Below, piece by piece: positions 13,132 to 26,393 of a stretch of DNA of 64,000 bases. Both the position numbers and the translations under genes were made by a program. Each line of letters begins with the position of its first letter. Within the stretch, counting starts at the first letter, position 1. The notes below the pieces were generated by a model. The model was not told the DNA's origin. It worked only from the letters and a program-made list of their open reading frames with translations, and searched no databases. Source of the stretch: Mytilus edulis (Eukaryota); contig NC_092348.1 of the NCBI RefSeq assembly GCF_963676685.1, positions 59,148,001 to 59,212,000 on the forward strand. The letters run 5' to 3'.

Positions 13132-16100
13132 ATAATCCTAAACAATGTTTGATATTAAACATGAATATAAGAAGTGTAGTAATATATTGTCATAAAGTAG
13201 AATATATAAAGGAAATTAACGATTTATTATTTTTAAAGATATATAAATCAATATAATAGTACATGGATTATGAGGGGAAGTAACCTAAGCCTAAATGATG
13301 TTATCGCTATTTGGCCGCCTTTTTTCTATATGCATGGGTTCTTATAACATTATAAGCCTTCGTTAGGTAGATTCCAATCGTTTGCTTTCGGCGTTTTTTA
13401 TCGGATATTTCTGTTTACTAAATGCCAAAAGCAGAAGAAATAAACCACATGTGTTTAGGGCATGGACCCCCCTTTTTCTGCGATTTAGAAAAATGACAGG
13501 CGGTGACGAAATTCCGTTAAATACCGATTTCTCGGCTGTCAACCACACTTAAAATTTTTATGTCGTAAATCTAAATTGATTTATCTTCACAATGCATACT
13601 TTAGTTGTTGGAATTATTCATGTAGCAATCCTACCAAAGTAAAGGATGTCAGTCGTAATTATTTCGTTTATCTGCACAAAATTGGCAATACACGTCTCGC
13701 AGTATTAAAATGATTAATTATAAAAATTGTTTCAGAAAAAATTGTTAGTTTTTGTATGAATAGAACTTATCATCCTTTTAATTAAATTTGATAAGATACC
13801 TTGAAAAAAAATCGAGGAAGTGTTATTTGTGGTAAAAAAAACCCACTATGTCTAATAAGGGGGGGGGGGGGGGGGTCCAATAACAGCAAAACAACAAACT
13901 GATTTGGCTCAAAACAGATAACAAGGAATCAAAAACAGATAACAGTAAATGAAAATTAATAACCGATAACAGTAAATCGGAAATAGCTAACAACAGTTTA
14001 AACATCTTTAAAAGTATGTTGAGTTATGTGAAGTAACTGATCATAACTAAAATAAGAAAGCAACATTTGAAAGTTTACATGTAGAAAATCAAAAGTTAAA
14101 GGAATTTCATCGACATTTTAACGATCTTTAACCAAGGCTCCGTGTTGAAGTCCCTACATTGACCTATAATGGTTTACTTTTTTTAAATTGTTATTTGGAT
14201 GGAGGCGGAGTTGTCTCATTGGCACTCACACCACATCTTCATATATCTAACTTACTAATAAGTTACAAATTTTCCCATGACGTCAACGTCATTCAGACTG
14301 TCTCACATGACTTTGCGTATGAAAGAAAACAAGATCAGATAACTCCGATATTTTTTACTAATCACACAAAACCTATTCTAGCTTTGTTTCCTTCAACTTG
14401 CTTTTTTTTCAGGATGAGAGATAACTTTGAAGGTGAACATCTGTTAGCAAATTGTATGATAAAATTATTATATTATTTGTATTGGCACTGACTCTGGAAT
14501 GACAGTAAAATTGAAGATATGAAACTTTGTAAGAATTAAACTAACGTTTTTACAAAAAAATAATAGTAATAAATAGTAAACTCACATTTCTGAACTCTGA
14601 GGAAAATTCAAAAAGAAAAGTTCCTTATTAAATGGCAGAATCATAAGCTCCTACACATCAAACGCATGGATAACAACTGTCATATTCCTGACTTTGTGAC
14701 ACTCTGACAGGCATTTTCTTATGTATATACGTAACTATGTATAATAACATATTTTTATGTTCTGATAATATATATTTATTTTGATTTTTTATATCCATTA
14801 ACATATAAATCATTTATATGTTTATGTGTATTGAATGAGAATATATAATATGTTATAGTATCTCGTCAAGGGCCCTTGATTGATTGAAAACAAAGAACTT
14901 TGAACTTTGTACGAGATTTCGAAACATGACGAAACGTGAAGCTCCTATTTCGTAGCAAAATTTATATTTCTAACAATGTGCATATATACATGTATTGCAT
15001 TTATGTTGCTATTTACATTCTTACCTTCAAAGAAATTTTAAACTCACTGTCTCTGTTGGCTTGACTAAAACGTACGCGTGGACCTCGATGAGGACCCCAT
15101 CATGAAATGTTACGTGGAAGAAGTTATACCACTACCTTTATCTTTTTTATAAATCACAAATTACACCTATCAGCTAGAGCTCCAACTTCATACTAACATT
15201 CACAGTTTCATGTAATAACAATCTGATCATGACATTCCCCCCAAAAATAAAACAAAACATCGAACACAAAACACAAAAAAAGACCTGAAGTGCCCCATGT
15301 CCTCATGTCCATAGACAGTTAAATAAATGAACTATTTCTGTTGCTGGTACGACGACGTCGTTGGATTTAAATTCTATTTCATTGTATTTTCAGTCAAATC
15401 TTTTTTATTGAACTTTTGAATTCTTTTTTAAATACATTCTCATATCATGATGTATTATATATATTAAAAAAAAAAGAAATTTATCATCCAGAACTCTGCC
15501 AACTTATTACAAAGTTTTTGAGGGCGTGGAATATTTTCATATCCTCCTGTTTCAATAGCGAGCCGGCAATGGTCACTAATTCTGCATATACATTTAACAT
15601 ATGAGTACCATGAGTACATATGAGACGACGGCATTGTACTAAAGCCAGCTGAAAATATGTCTATGTTTGGTTGTTTTTTTTAAAGGATTTTGCAACCGCA
15701 CAGAATCTGTATGAAAATATAGTATACGTAATACAATTGTTTTTGCTAGTGTATTCACATCTTGTCTTCTGTAACCCAACTGATCCAGTTGTTATGCTCC
15801 GACTCACTATCGAGATGACATTCACCGATAGAGGGATTCTGAATCATTCGAGTTGTGTCTTCTGTACATGTGACTCTCAATATAGGTTGTTCTGCTTCCA
15901 TTCTTAATATAATATAGATGTAAGACTTCTTTCACCTACGTTCTTTAATTTCCGTTGATTATTGTCATTCGTGATAGGATGTCCGCAATTGTAAACGACT
16001 TGTAAGGTGTCATGCTGAGAACTATGTTGACCACACAGTATGTGAAGCAAACAGTTAAAAAACTATATTTGCTTTCAAGCTTTTCATTTGAAAAATATTT

Positions 16101-16269
16101 TTTAAGAATAAAAAAGTATTGTAGATCATTATTTGTTGTTCATTGAATTTAAACATCCCTTGTCACTATTTAGTACAAAATTATGAACAAAATGCAGATT
16201 TGTGAGTCGTCGTCCCTTTGTTTCTGTCGGGTCATGTCTCATTGGCAATTTTACGACATCTTTTGAAAC

Positions 16270-16341
16270 GATCGTTAATCCGATGATAGTAACTCCGATG
16301 ATCGTAACTCCGATGATAGTAGCTCCGATGATCGTTACTCC
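16270..16341 (+). repeat. 15-bp minisatellite, ~5 copies
   Basis: Unit ccgatgat(a/c)gtaact. Confidence 0.85.
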
Positions 16342-16944
16342 AAAATGTGATCGTTACTACATCAGTAACAAATCTTTCACGACTCTCATTACAATGCTTA
16401 ATGTTCAATGAAAATATTAACTAGTCTTCCAATGTTCCTATCTTTAGGAAACGTTGCATAGGCACTGCCCTTGGAAGCATGTCATGTTCATTGTCATTGG
16501 AACAAATCAGTAATGCATACAAATCTGGTTCGGTGATAATTTTGTTCCATCGATGAATCAGTCCACCAGAAGAGGTATCGACCTAATGATATTAAATATT
16601 TCTTATAATCTAGATTTCTTAAAATGAAGTAATTGTTTCTTGGATTCTAGATTCCTTAAATTGACGTGTATGTTTCTTTTATTCATGATGCATCGAGATG
16701 ACGTGAATGTTTACTTATATCAATAGAAAATTGTTCACAAAGAAATGCGGAAACCAATATATATTAAAGATATTAATTAAAAATATTTTATTACCCAAAT
16801 GAATGTTCGATCGGTTGATATTATTTTGCAAGTGATCGATTGGAAAAGTTATTGTTTCCACCAGGAGATTGTTTCAATCTTCATTAGAATTTTAACAAAT
16901 TGGTACATGTATCTGTTATCAAAATATAAAAAACGCATGTCTTG

Positions 16945-17521
16945 CTTCCCAATTATGAACTTCCCATTTCTATGTACAAAATGTAGCAAAATTCCAGCAG
17001 CGCCTGCATACGGAGTATATATCTCCCAATTGATACGATATTCCCGGGCTTGTATTTCCTATCATGATTTACTGGATAGAGGATTGCTACTCACAATGAA
17101 GCTATTAAACCAAGAGTTCCAAATAGTGAAGTTGAAATCATTCCTTCGTAAGTTATACGGACGCCATCACAAGTTGGTTGACCGTTATCACAGATGATAT
17201 CGGATATGTTCCTTATGTCGTAACTATAATACGCTTCCCTTTTCACGAATGTGACCTACCGAATTAGACTACAGGTATTTACCGGATTATAATAACATAA
17301 GCAACACGATGGGTGCCACATGTGGAGCAGGATCTGCTTACCCTTCCGGAGCACTTGAGATTACCCCCAGTTTTTGGTGGGGTTCCTGTTGCTTAATCTT
17401 TAGTTTTCTATGTTGTGTCTTCTATTATTTGTCTGTTTGTCTTTTTATTTTTAGCCATGGCGTTGTCAGTTTATTTTCAATCTATGAGTTTGACTCTCCC
17501 TCTGGTATCTTTAGCCCCCCT
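16945..17521 (+). mobile_element. 3' end of a retroelement (RT C-terminus + 3' UTR; probably Penelope-like with no C-terminal endonuclease); parent of a dispersed repeat
   Basis: NFPFLC..IPAAPAYGVYISQLIRYSRAC...LRKLYGRHH. The downstream UTR recurs at 1-140, 2100-2392 and 25740-25920 (-). Confidence 0.7.
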
Positions 17522-18559
17522 TGTTAAGTATTATTGTAAGCTACGAATATAAGGCTAGAAATGATAATTTTACCTTTTGATTTAATATAAACAAAAGGTG
17601 AAAAGACTAGCTTTGGTTTTTCTTTATCTTAAATCTGGAAAAAAATAGCAAACTTGCTTTTATGTTTAAGATTGAAAACTGTGATTGGTCGGGTTGTTGT
17701 CTCCTTGACACATTTCCAATTCCCACTGTAAATTTTATACTTCTTATTTTGAAAATTGAAAATTACTTTTTGCACAATAGTATTTTATAACGACGTGAAA
17801 TTAATCAACACATCATAAGCATTATTAAATTTCAAAGTGGGAAAATGCATTGTCAGATTTGTTTCTTCAGAAACGTAGACAATTCGCTGATATCCAGTTA
17901 TACCAAAACTTCGTCGTTTTTAGCAAAGGACAAAGCCTTTACAAAAAATAGAACATATTTCAATCACTTACTAATAGCAAACATTGTATTGTACAAATCT
18001 CAGTCATTTCTCATTACAGGTCACTCAACTGTTCACCACTTTTATAACTATAAACTTTCATAAAAAAAACCAATATATGAGCCATTGCTCCGTGTTGAAG
18101 ACCGTATATTGACCGATAAGGTTTTTTTCTTTTACAAGTTGTCTCATTGGCACTCATACCACATCTTCTTGTATCTATAAAATATAATGACAAGTTCAGA
18201 TGCACTACCTTTTTGTACAAAGGTCAAAAACACAGGGAATTTGAGTATTGTCGCCATTTGTCCTTATTTATAACGTCTTTTAATAGAGTGTAAGGTCATA
18301 CTCAAATTATGTGCTACATGTACCTCTATTTTTACAATGAGTCTTCCTGAAGAATGGGTTTGACTGCTATCCAATTATATTATATACATTTTTTTTTTTT
18401 TTTTTATTTTTTTTTTTTTTTTTGTGATTGTCACAGGTGTGAACAGACGTGAAACAATGTCTCCGTTCTAATCTGATTAACTTGTGGATTTAAATATTAG
18501 TTTCATTTATTTATTGGATATATCAATGCTATGGAAAAGAGTGAACTTTAGTTGCAAAT

Positions 18560-19387
18560 GTGATGCAAAATACACCAAAATACAAGAATAAAAGAACAAG
18601 ATCATCAGAAGGTGAGACCCCTCGTCCCGAAAGTAAACAAACTAAAATGGCCAATGCAGACGATCTTCAGTCCTCTATAAAATCAATTGTTGAAAGTATT
18701 AAAGAAATTAAAGATGGTCAAGACAGTATGAAAAAGATGTTTGAATCGAAAATTGACAAGCCAAGAAATGATGTTATATCTACAATTGACGAAAAAATTC
18801 GAATATTAAAAGATGATATTTATTTAAACATAGCTAAAGAATCGTCACGTTTAGATGACTTGGTGAACTCAGTTCAAACACTTTCAGTACGTGTTGGTCA
18901 TGTTGAAAACTTTACTATTAATCCTACTGACCACAGCTTCAACAATCAATATAATGATCAAGGTGTTAAAGGTAATACACAACCAGCAGACCCGTTAAAC
19001 GATAATGACGTAACGGTAATAGTAAAAAATTTACCATTCACTGAAGGCGAAAATCTCCCAGACAAAGTTCAACAGATGATAGACAGCTTAGGCGAAGTTT
19101 CTTCTCAAATATCAGTGGCTGCAACAAAACGCTTGACAACAAGATTTCACAACAAACCAGGTCTCGTTAAAATCAGTTTTCAAAGCCAGGATCAGAAAAT
19201 ACTTATACTCAGAAATAAATATAAGCTGAAAGATGTTGGTTATTACAAACATGTTTACATCCAATCCTCTAAATCCCGTATTGAACGATTAATCGAAACA
19301 AATACACGCACGATTTTACGGGAATTACCACAAGGCAAATCGTACAGAGTTACCGCAAACGGGAAAATTCTAAAAAAAATCAAATGA
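18560..19387 (+). CDS. LINE ORF1 protein (basic N-terminus, coiled coil, RRM-like region)
   Basis: 275-aa ORF directly upstream of the APE; heptad-like region then VIVKNLP...LVKISF. Confidence 0.75.
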   Translation: MMQNTPKYKNKRTRSSEGETPRPESKQTKMANADDLQSSIKSIVESIKEIKDGQDSMKKMFESKIDKPRNDVISTIDEKIRILKDDIYLNIAKESSRLDDLVNSVQTLSVRVGHVENFTINPTDHSFNNQYNDQGVKGNTQPADPLNDNDVTVIVKNLPFTEGENLPDKVQQMIDSLGEVSSQISVAATKRLTTRFHNKPGLVKISFQSQDQKILILRNKYKLKDVGYYKHVYIQSSKSRIERLIETNTRTILRELPQGKSYRVTANGKILKKIK

Positions 19388-19436
19388 ACCGGTTCCTGAT
19401 ACTGACAATACTGACATGGAAACTAAGAACGATTAG

Positions 19437-22400
19437 GACAACACCCGGAACAGTGGTACTATTAGATTTGGACACTTAAATATTTGCGGATGGACTCAAA
19501 ATAATAAGGAATTACGTACAGAAATTTTAAAGGAAGTGAATGCAGACATTTTTAGTATCTGTGAAACGCATTTGAAAGAAATCGATGAAATTGAAGTTGA
19601 TGGTTATACTTGGAAACGAAGGATTTAATAGACAAAGGCATCAGGTGGTGTAGGACTTTTGATTAAAAACTGGATTTTTGAAGAATATAAATATGAATCG
19701 ATTGATATAATACGAGATGGCGTTATGTGTGGTAAATTTCAGTCAAAAAGCACAGATTTTAACTTTATTGTATTTTCGTGTTACCTACCTCCTGAAAACT
19801 CAGTTTGGGGAAGAGACTCTCAAGGATATTTTGCACACATCTTATCTGATATATACGAACAATGCGATACGGACGCTCTTTTTCTCTGTGGCGATTTTAA
19901 CTCAAGAATAGGATCACTGAAGGATTATTCTGATTTTGATGAATTACCGTCACGATAAGGACATTTTTACCACATGGTAGATTGTGTTTTGTCATAATGT
20001 CGTCTAATCTTTTAATTACCAAACGTGACTTATTCCCGATTGTGACTGTTTTGCCGAGTGTGAACTCGCATTACTATAAGACGTGGTACGGTACTTATCC
20101 ATCCCAAATTCATGTATTTAGTTTAAATGTTTAATGTTATATTTGTAATTCTCATCGGATTTTGTCAAATGTGTTGACGTCTTTTCTATTATATTTATGT
20201 GTTATGGTAAAGAAAATTAATCACCGCCTTCATTTATCAGATTTGATTTCGTTCAAAGTAATCAGTACGATATTTTACGTTTGAAGTTAGATTAATAGCA
20301 AACCGGACATAGTTTTATAATATAGTTAATTGCTACCTCAGTTTTATATAAATAAGAATTAAAGTGTGCTTTGTTTTTAAATGCAATATCAGTATTTAGT
20401 TCAAATATATAATCTTAAATTAATCCTAATTCTATCTTATTCATTCTTATGTGACGTCATTTTTCATTTTTTGATGCTCTGTTTTACTAATTCAAATGAC
20501 GTCATTTTTTCGTCATTTTTCAGTTTCAAATAGGACGTCACTTGGCGTAGAGGTTTAAACGTATTCGGATGTGTCTACTTTTGTGTTTCAAATGTCTGGT
20601 TATGTAAATGTATTTCAGTTGTTTCCTGTAATTAGTTAATACTTCAGCTTTACCATGTACATCTTTTGAATATTCATTTTATTAAATTTACTGTTTGCAA
20701 AAGTATAAATTACTCTAAATTATAGGGATTTTCTGGTAACTTAACAGAAAACCCTTGCCGTTTTTGGCACAACCTTTTTGATCTTTTGGTCCTCGATGCT
20801 GTTCAACTTTGTACTCGTTTCGGCTTTCAAACTTTTGTATCTGTGCATCACACATAGGTCTTGTGTGAACAAAATACACTTCTGGCGTATTAAAATTTTG
20901 AACTTGTTGCCTTTTGTTGGCTGTTGTTCGTGTGATTCTTTGTTAATTGTGTTCTCCAATTTATTTATATTGTAGTCCTGTGTTGTCATTTTGATGTTAT
21001 ATTTCACATGGCCATAAAAGTGCGAGGTTTGGCATGCCACAAAACCAGGTTCAACCCAAACTCATGTATTTGGTTTTGATGTTATATATATTATTCTCGT
21101 GGGATTTTGTCTATGTGTGTTACATTTTAGTGTTATGTCGTTGTTCTCTTATATTTAATGCGTTTCCCTCGGTTTTAGTTTGTTATCCCGATTTTGTTTT
21201 TTGTCCATGGATTTATGAGTTTTGAACAGCGGTATACTACTGTTGCCTTTATTTATCGCTTGATAAAACCGTTAACCAACATGGCAACACCTTCTTGGAA
21301 TTTTTGAACGAATCGAAAATGTGCGTCTTGAATGGAAGATTCGATCAAGATAAAGATAACTTCACATTCATTTCAGGTAGAGGGAAATCCGTGGTAGACT
21401 ACATTTGTGTCCCGCAAGATTTTCTAGACCAGTGTATTTCGTTTGAAACAATCACAACAAGATCTATTGTAGAAAAGGCAAATCTTTTTAACCTCCTTGG
21501 TGAACGTAGCAAACTTCCGGATCATTCAGTCTTGGTAACAGAATTTAGATCTATAAAATCCATATTTACCAACAGCATTCCAGGCAGCCCTACTCAATCA
21601 ACAAAGCGATTTAAATTGAAATTAATGCCAAATGATATGTTTTCTTCCGATATGTGTAAAATTGCATTGCAAAATGTTATAAGTCACATTGAACAAACTA
21701 GAGAAACTCAAGACAATATAGATACTATATACACGGAACGTTGTGATATAATAATACAGGAGATGAACGATAAAATTCCAGTGTTTAACACCAGTGGATC
21801 CTCGAAAAAACGGCTAAAGGTGAAAAAGCAATTTTGGAACGATGACCTACAAACGTTATGGAATGATATGCATTTAAAAGAAAAACAGTATTTAAAGTTC
21901 AAAGGACGTACCCATGTGAAAAATGAACTAAGAACAAAGTTTCAGTTAGCGCAAAAAAACTTTGACCGCAAGCTACGCCAGTATGAAAGGCAATATAAAC
22001 AAAGTATGTGCACTGACATTGAAACTATGACGACGAATAATCCTACGGATTTTTGGAACAAAATCAAACAGCTAGGGCCTCGTAGACATTCCTCTATTCC
22101 AATGGAAATATATGACAAAGATGGTGAGATTGTTAGTGATGAAAAGGTTGTTTTAGAAAAATGGAAAACAGATTTTGAAAATATATATAATATGGATAGT
22201 TCAGCGGACGATTTCGATGGTAATTTTCAAAAATATGCCTCTAGTCATAAAGTCTTATTAGAAGAAAGAATGCTCGATCCTTTGTTTACTGAAAATGAAG
22301 AGTTGAATTCAGCTATAACTATAGATGAAATTAGGCGACTTGTCTCAAGAACAAAAACCGGTAAATCGTGTGGAATTGATAATATCCCTTATGAAGTATT

Positions 22401-24156
22401 GAAGACAGAAAACGTGATCGCCGTCCTATATTCTATGTTTCAACTAGTTTTCGACACGAGCATTGTACCATCATTATGGCACCAGGCCATTATCTGTCCG
22501 ATACTTAAAGACAAATCATCAGATAAACGTATTCCACTACACTATCGAGGAATCAGTTTGTTGTCGTGTGTTTCGAAGCTTTCTGAGGAACAAAACGGCT
22601 TTCGTAAAAATCGTTCATGTGAGGATCATGTATACACCCTTAAAAGCATAATAAAAAACAATCCTAATGTTATTGCCACATTTATTGATCTAAAAAGGCT
22701 TTTGATTTCGTAGATCGTGATATGTTGCTGTACAAACTGTTGCTTAATAATATTGATGGGAAAATATATAACTTTATTAAAAGTTTATATGTGCAAACAA
22801 CCGCAAGTATTCGATTAAACAATAAAATGTCCGATTGGTTTTTATGTAACTCTGGCGTAAAACAAGGTGATAATTTATCTCCGACATTATTTTCTGTTTT
22901 TATTGATGATCTTGTAGATGAAATCAACCAACTTGGACTTGGTATTAATATTGGAGAATGGAAATTGTCTTTACTTTTATATGCGGACGATATTGTTTTG
23001 ATGGCCGAGAATGAATGTGATATGCAAAAGATGCTAGATGAATTACATGATTGGTGTAAAAAATGGAGAGTCTTAATTAATACAGACAAGTCAAAAGTTG
23101 TACGCTTCAGAGCATCTCGCAAAAAAGGAGCAAATTTCAGTTCAGAATCGGAGGGAACATCTTGCAAATTACAGACAAATATAAATCCTTGGAGTTATTT
23201 TTAACGAGAAAAAAGATTATACATCGAATGCTGAAAATCTTTCTGCAGCTGGTGGAAGAGCACTCGGAGCTATTATATCGAAGATACACAGTTTAAAAGA
23301 ATTTGGTATAAAGACTTATGAAAAACTGTATGTCTCTTGTATTGTACCTATACTCGACTACTGTTCTTCAGTGTGGGGTTTTAAAGACTTAAATTGTGTC
23401 GACACTGTTCAAAACAAGGCCATAAGATACTTTTTGGGAGTTCACAAGTTTGCTCCAAAGCTGGCTATCAACGGAGATGTTGGATGGTTACTTTTAAAAG
23501 AACGTCGCAGGTGTAGTATGGTTAGATATTGGAACCGATTGATGGATATGGACAATAGTAGACTTTGTAAAAGGGTGTTCCTATGGGACTACGAATTATC
23601 TACGAACAATTGGTCATCTAGTGTAAGAACAATACTGTCTTTAGTTGGTATGGATGATAACTTTCAACAAATGCTAAAATGTGATGTTAATAGCGTCAGA
23701 AACAATCTTATGGATATATGTGCAACAAAATGGCATACAAACTTATCTAACTTTCCGAAACTTCGTACATACAGAACTTTTAAATCTACATATTCAACAG
23801 AAACATATGTTAAACAAAATTTAAAACGTAGAGAAAGATCGGTACTGGCCCAGTTTAGATGTGGCATTCTTCCGCTAAGATTAGAAACAGGACGTTTTGT
23901 TGGTGAACCAGAATACCAACGGATATGTAGAATGTGCGACTCCGGACATGTTGAAAATGAACTACACTTTCTGATTGAATGCCAATTTTACAATGGACTA
24001 CGTAATCAATTATTCTCTGGACTTAGTGAAACCGTATTAAATTTGAATAACAGTGAAAAGTTAAATTTATTATTGTCAGAATATCCTCGAAAAACAGCTC
24101 GATACTTAGAACATTCCTTAACAAAACGCAGACAACACTTATATTTAAATGATTAA
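19437..24156 (+). pseudogene. LINE ORF2 (endonuclease-reverse transcriptase), disrupted
   Basis: Fragments 19437-19958, 21256-22713, 22722-23204 and 23371-24156 fall in domain order across frameshifts. Confidence 0.9.
19957..21253 (+). mobile_element. Non-autonomous composite element (Helitron/Helentron-like) inserted in the LINE endonuclease
   Basis: Removing it restores the frame (ELPSR-L-SLDKTVNQHG) with a T^T junction and no TSD. A short 3' hairpin aacagcggta/tactactgtt precedes the end. A second copy lies at 51557-52620 (-). Confidence 0.75.
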
Positions 24157-26393
24157 CATGTATAAAAAATTCCTGATAACAATCTGAATTAATACTATAG
24201 TATCTATTTGAAGTGACTTATAGGTCCATTGGGCCGGGTGTAATTTAATTGAAATGTTTCAATATTGTACATAATTTGTTATACACAATGTCACTATAAT
24301 AAACATATTTGTATTGTATTGTATTGTATATCACCGCTAATATCTTTACAAGTTGTGTCTTGATCAATGCGGTTAAACATCGATATCCTTTCTTGGAATC
24401 TTAGATCGACCAAACACTTTGGTGTTTAAATACGTTGTTTATTTACATTTTTGGTGTTATCTAAGGATTGACTGCAGTACTTTTCTGTCTATGAAGGAAT
24501 AACTTAAAAATAAATGTGGTGCATACTCAATAACCGGCGTTGCATTTAAAATTGTGCACAACATTCTTAAATTTTTAGAAATTATTTCAAATAGACAGAG
24601 AAAAAAATCAAGTATTTCTATATATTATATCAATTCTAAATTTCATTTTTATGGATTAAATCATGAAAAGACGTTGATGAGATCACGTTACATGACAAAA
24701 TTATGTCTAGTGAGCTGGTCTGTACAAAACACTTTCAGTCAATCAGAAGACGTATTTCGGTATTACATCTAAAATTAAATTATTTCTTCACATTGGTATT
24801 TTTGATTATACGGAAAACAATTTGGCCTGCAGTGGTGTAATTTTTAATACACCACCATTCACATTGTCTTATTTTTAGTAATATAAAAGTTTGAATTCTT
24901 TGTTTCGTCGTTTTTACGACATGCCAGCTAACAAAACGGAACTCTTTATTTTAGTTTAGTATATATAGATAGGTTATAAGTAATATTGGTATCGGTATCA
25001 GATTCGACCCGGAACTTGTTAATTATTGGTATTATTGATTATTTGGAAAACAGAAAGGCCCTGGAATGATTCAAAGATCTGTATAGTAAAATCTCACTAT
25101 ATTAATCCTTGAATGGAGAAATTCCTTATGACCACCATTGTCCTAATTTGGTAATATACCGGTATACGTTTTTTCTTTAATTATTCGTTATTACGTCATG
25201 CCGGCTTACGCAATTGACTTCGTTATATAAGTAAATCATGTATAGATTTTATTATTCTATGGAATTTGCCAATATGCTATCCTAGTAATTTCAAGTTGAA
25301 CCAATGTTATGTAACGGATCAGACATTTGAATATATTAAGTTTATTTACAAGTAATGATAGGTTAAAAAAGACTAATTGGATTAATTTATGCAGGAAACG
25401 AGATAATATACAAACGATGAAAGAAACGATTTGAAGGCTAACCGTTTGGTTCATTCGTCATTAAATGCCATATAGAGCCCTCTGTTCTTTTTGAAATGTA
25501 TACATATTGAATATGTCAAAAAAAGTTGGGAAGAAATACGAATCAACTGTTTATGCATGTAACAAAAATTGAGGTTCATAATCATGATGTTAGAAGGTCA
25601 ACAAAAATTAAGCATAGGATTGCACGGATTGGAAAGCATTTTAGAAGTCACGTATATATATACACATTTTTCTTCTTTAAGATTAGAAAATTGTCGTTAA
25701 ACAAAATGCGTCCAAATTAAAAAGAGTACAAAAAATAAGAGAAACATTGAAACTCATAAATATGGAAAATAAACTGACAACACCATGGCTAAAAAAGAAA
25801 AAAAAAGATAAACAGACCAACAATAATACACAAAACACAACTTAGAAAACGAAAGACTAAGCACAAAAAACTGAAAGGGTAAGCAGATCTTGCTCCACAC
25901 GTGGCACCCGTCGTGTTTCTCATTTAGATTCAAACACTTCCGTTATTCTGTTCTTTTTTCTGGGCTGATTTCTATTTATGTCGTTATCACAACTTAATTG
26001 TATTGGACTGGATTTATGACTGGAGATGGTAAAATAAGACAAGAAACCAAACAGATTGCCAATTTTCATGTCATAGAAATAGCAAGTCTATATCAAATAA
26101 AAAATAGTATTGTAACCTCCAATCATGCATAACATCAAAATAATATTCTGCCATAGTTTTAACCCATAACAACACCTATGAGGTTGATATAGTCTGGGTT
26201 TTTTTTATAACTAAAGGTGGTAATATAGTTATGAAAAGGATATTATAAAATCATATTTGTTGAACAAATAGCTTTCGTCAGTATCAATGTTTTAATCAAA
26301 TGTGATAATTTAATATGAATAATGACACTAGAAATCGGCTATAATATTATATACTATATATATAAATTTAGAGTAATTATATTGATGTATACT

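Larger units (their letters stand above)
18424..24329 (+). mobile_element. Near full-length decayed two-ORF LINE (APE-RT with C-terminal zinc finger; RTE-X/CR1-group-like)
   Basis: ORF1 at 18560-19387. APE motifs GHLNICG, ICETHL, GGVGLLIK, CYLPP, CGDFNSR, SVVDY, DH. RT motifs YRGISLL, QNGFR, GVKQGDNLSP, YADD. C-terminal CRMC..HFLIEC. AATAAA at ~24298 then a (TATTG)n tail. Several frameshifts, a deletion and a 1.3-kb insertion. Confidence 0.92.

Noticed and set aside
17309-17527. ORF MGATCGAGSAYPSGA and similar short ORFs in repeats (e.g. 28004, 33104, 46527, 51893)
   Set aside because: They are chance frames in high-copy non-coding repeats and are not preserved between copies.
18388-18423. 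Poly-T run at the LINE 5' end as part of a TSD or an inverted tail
   Set aside because: No matching duplication after the 3' (TATTG)n tail and no antisense element can be tied to it. Left unexplained.
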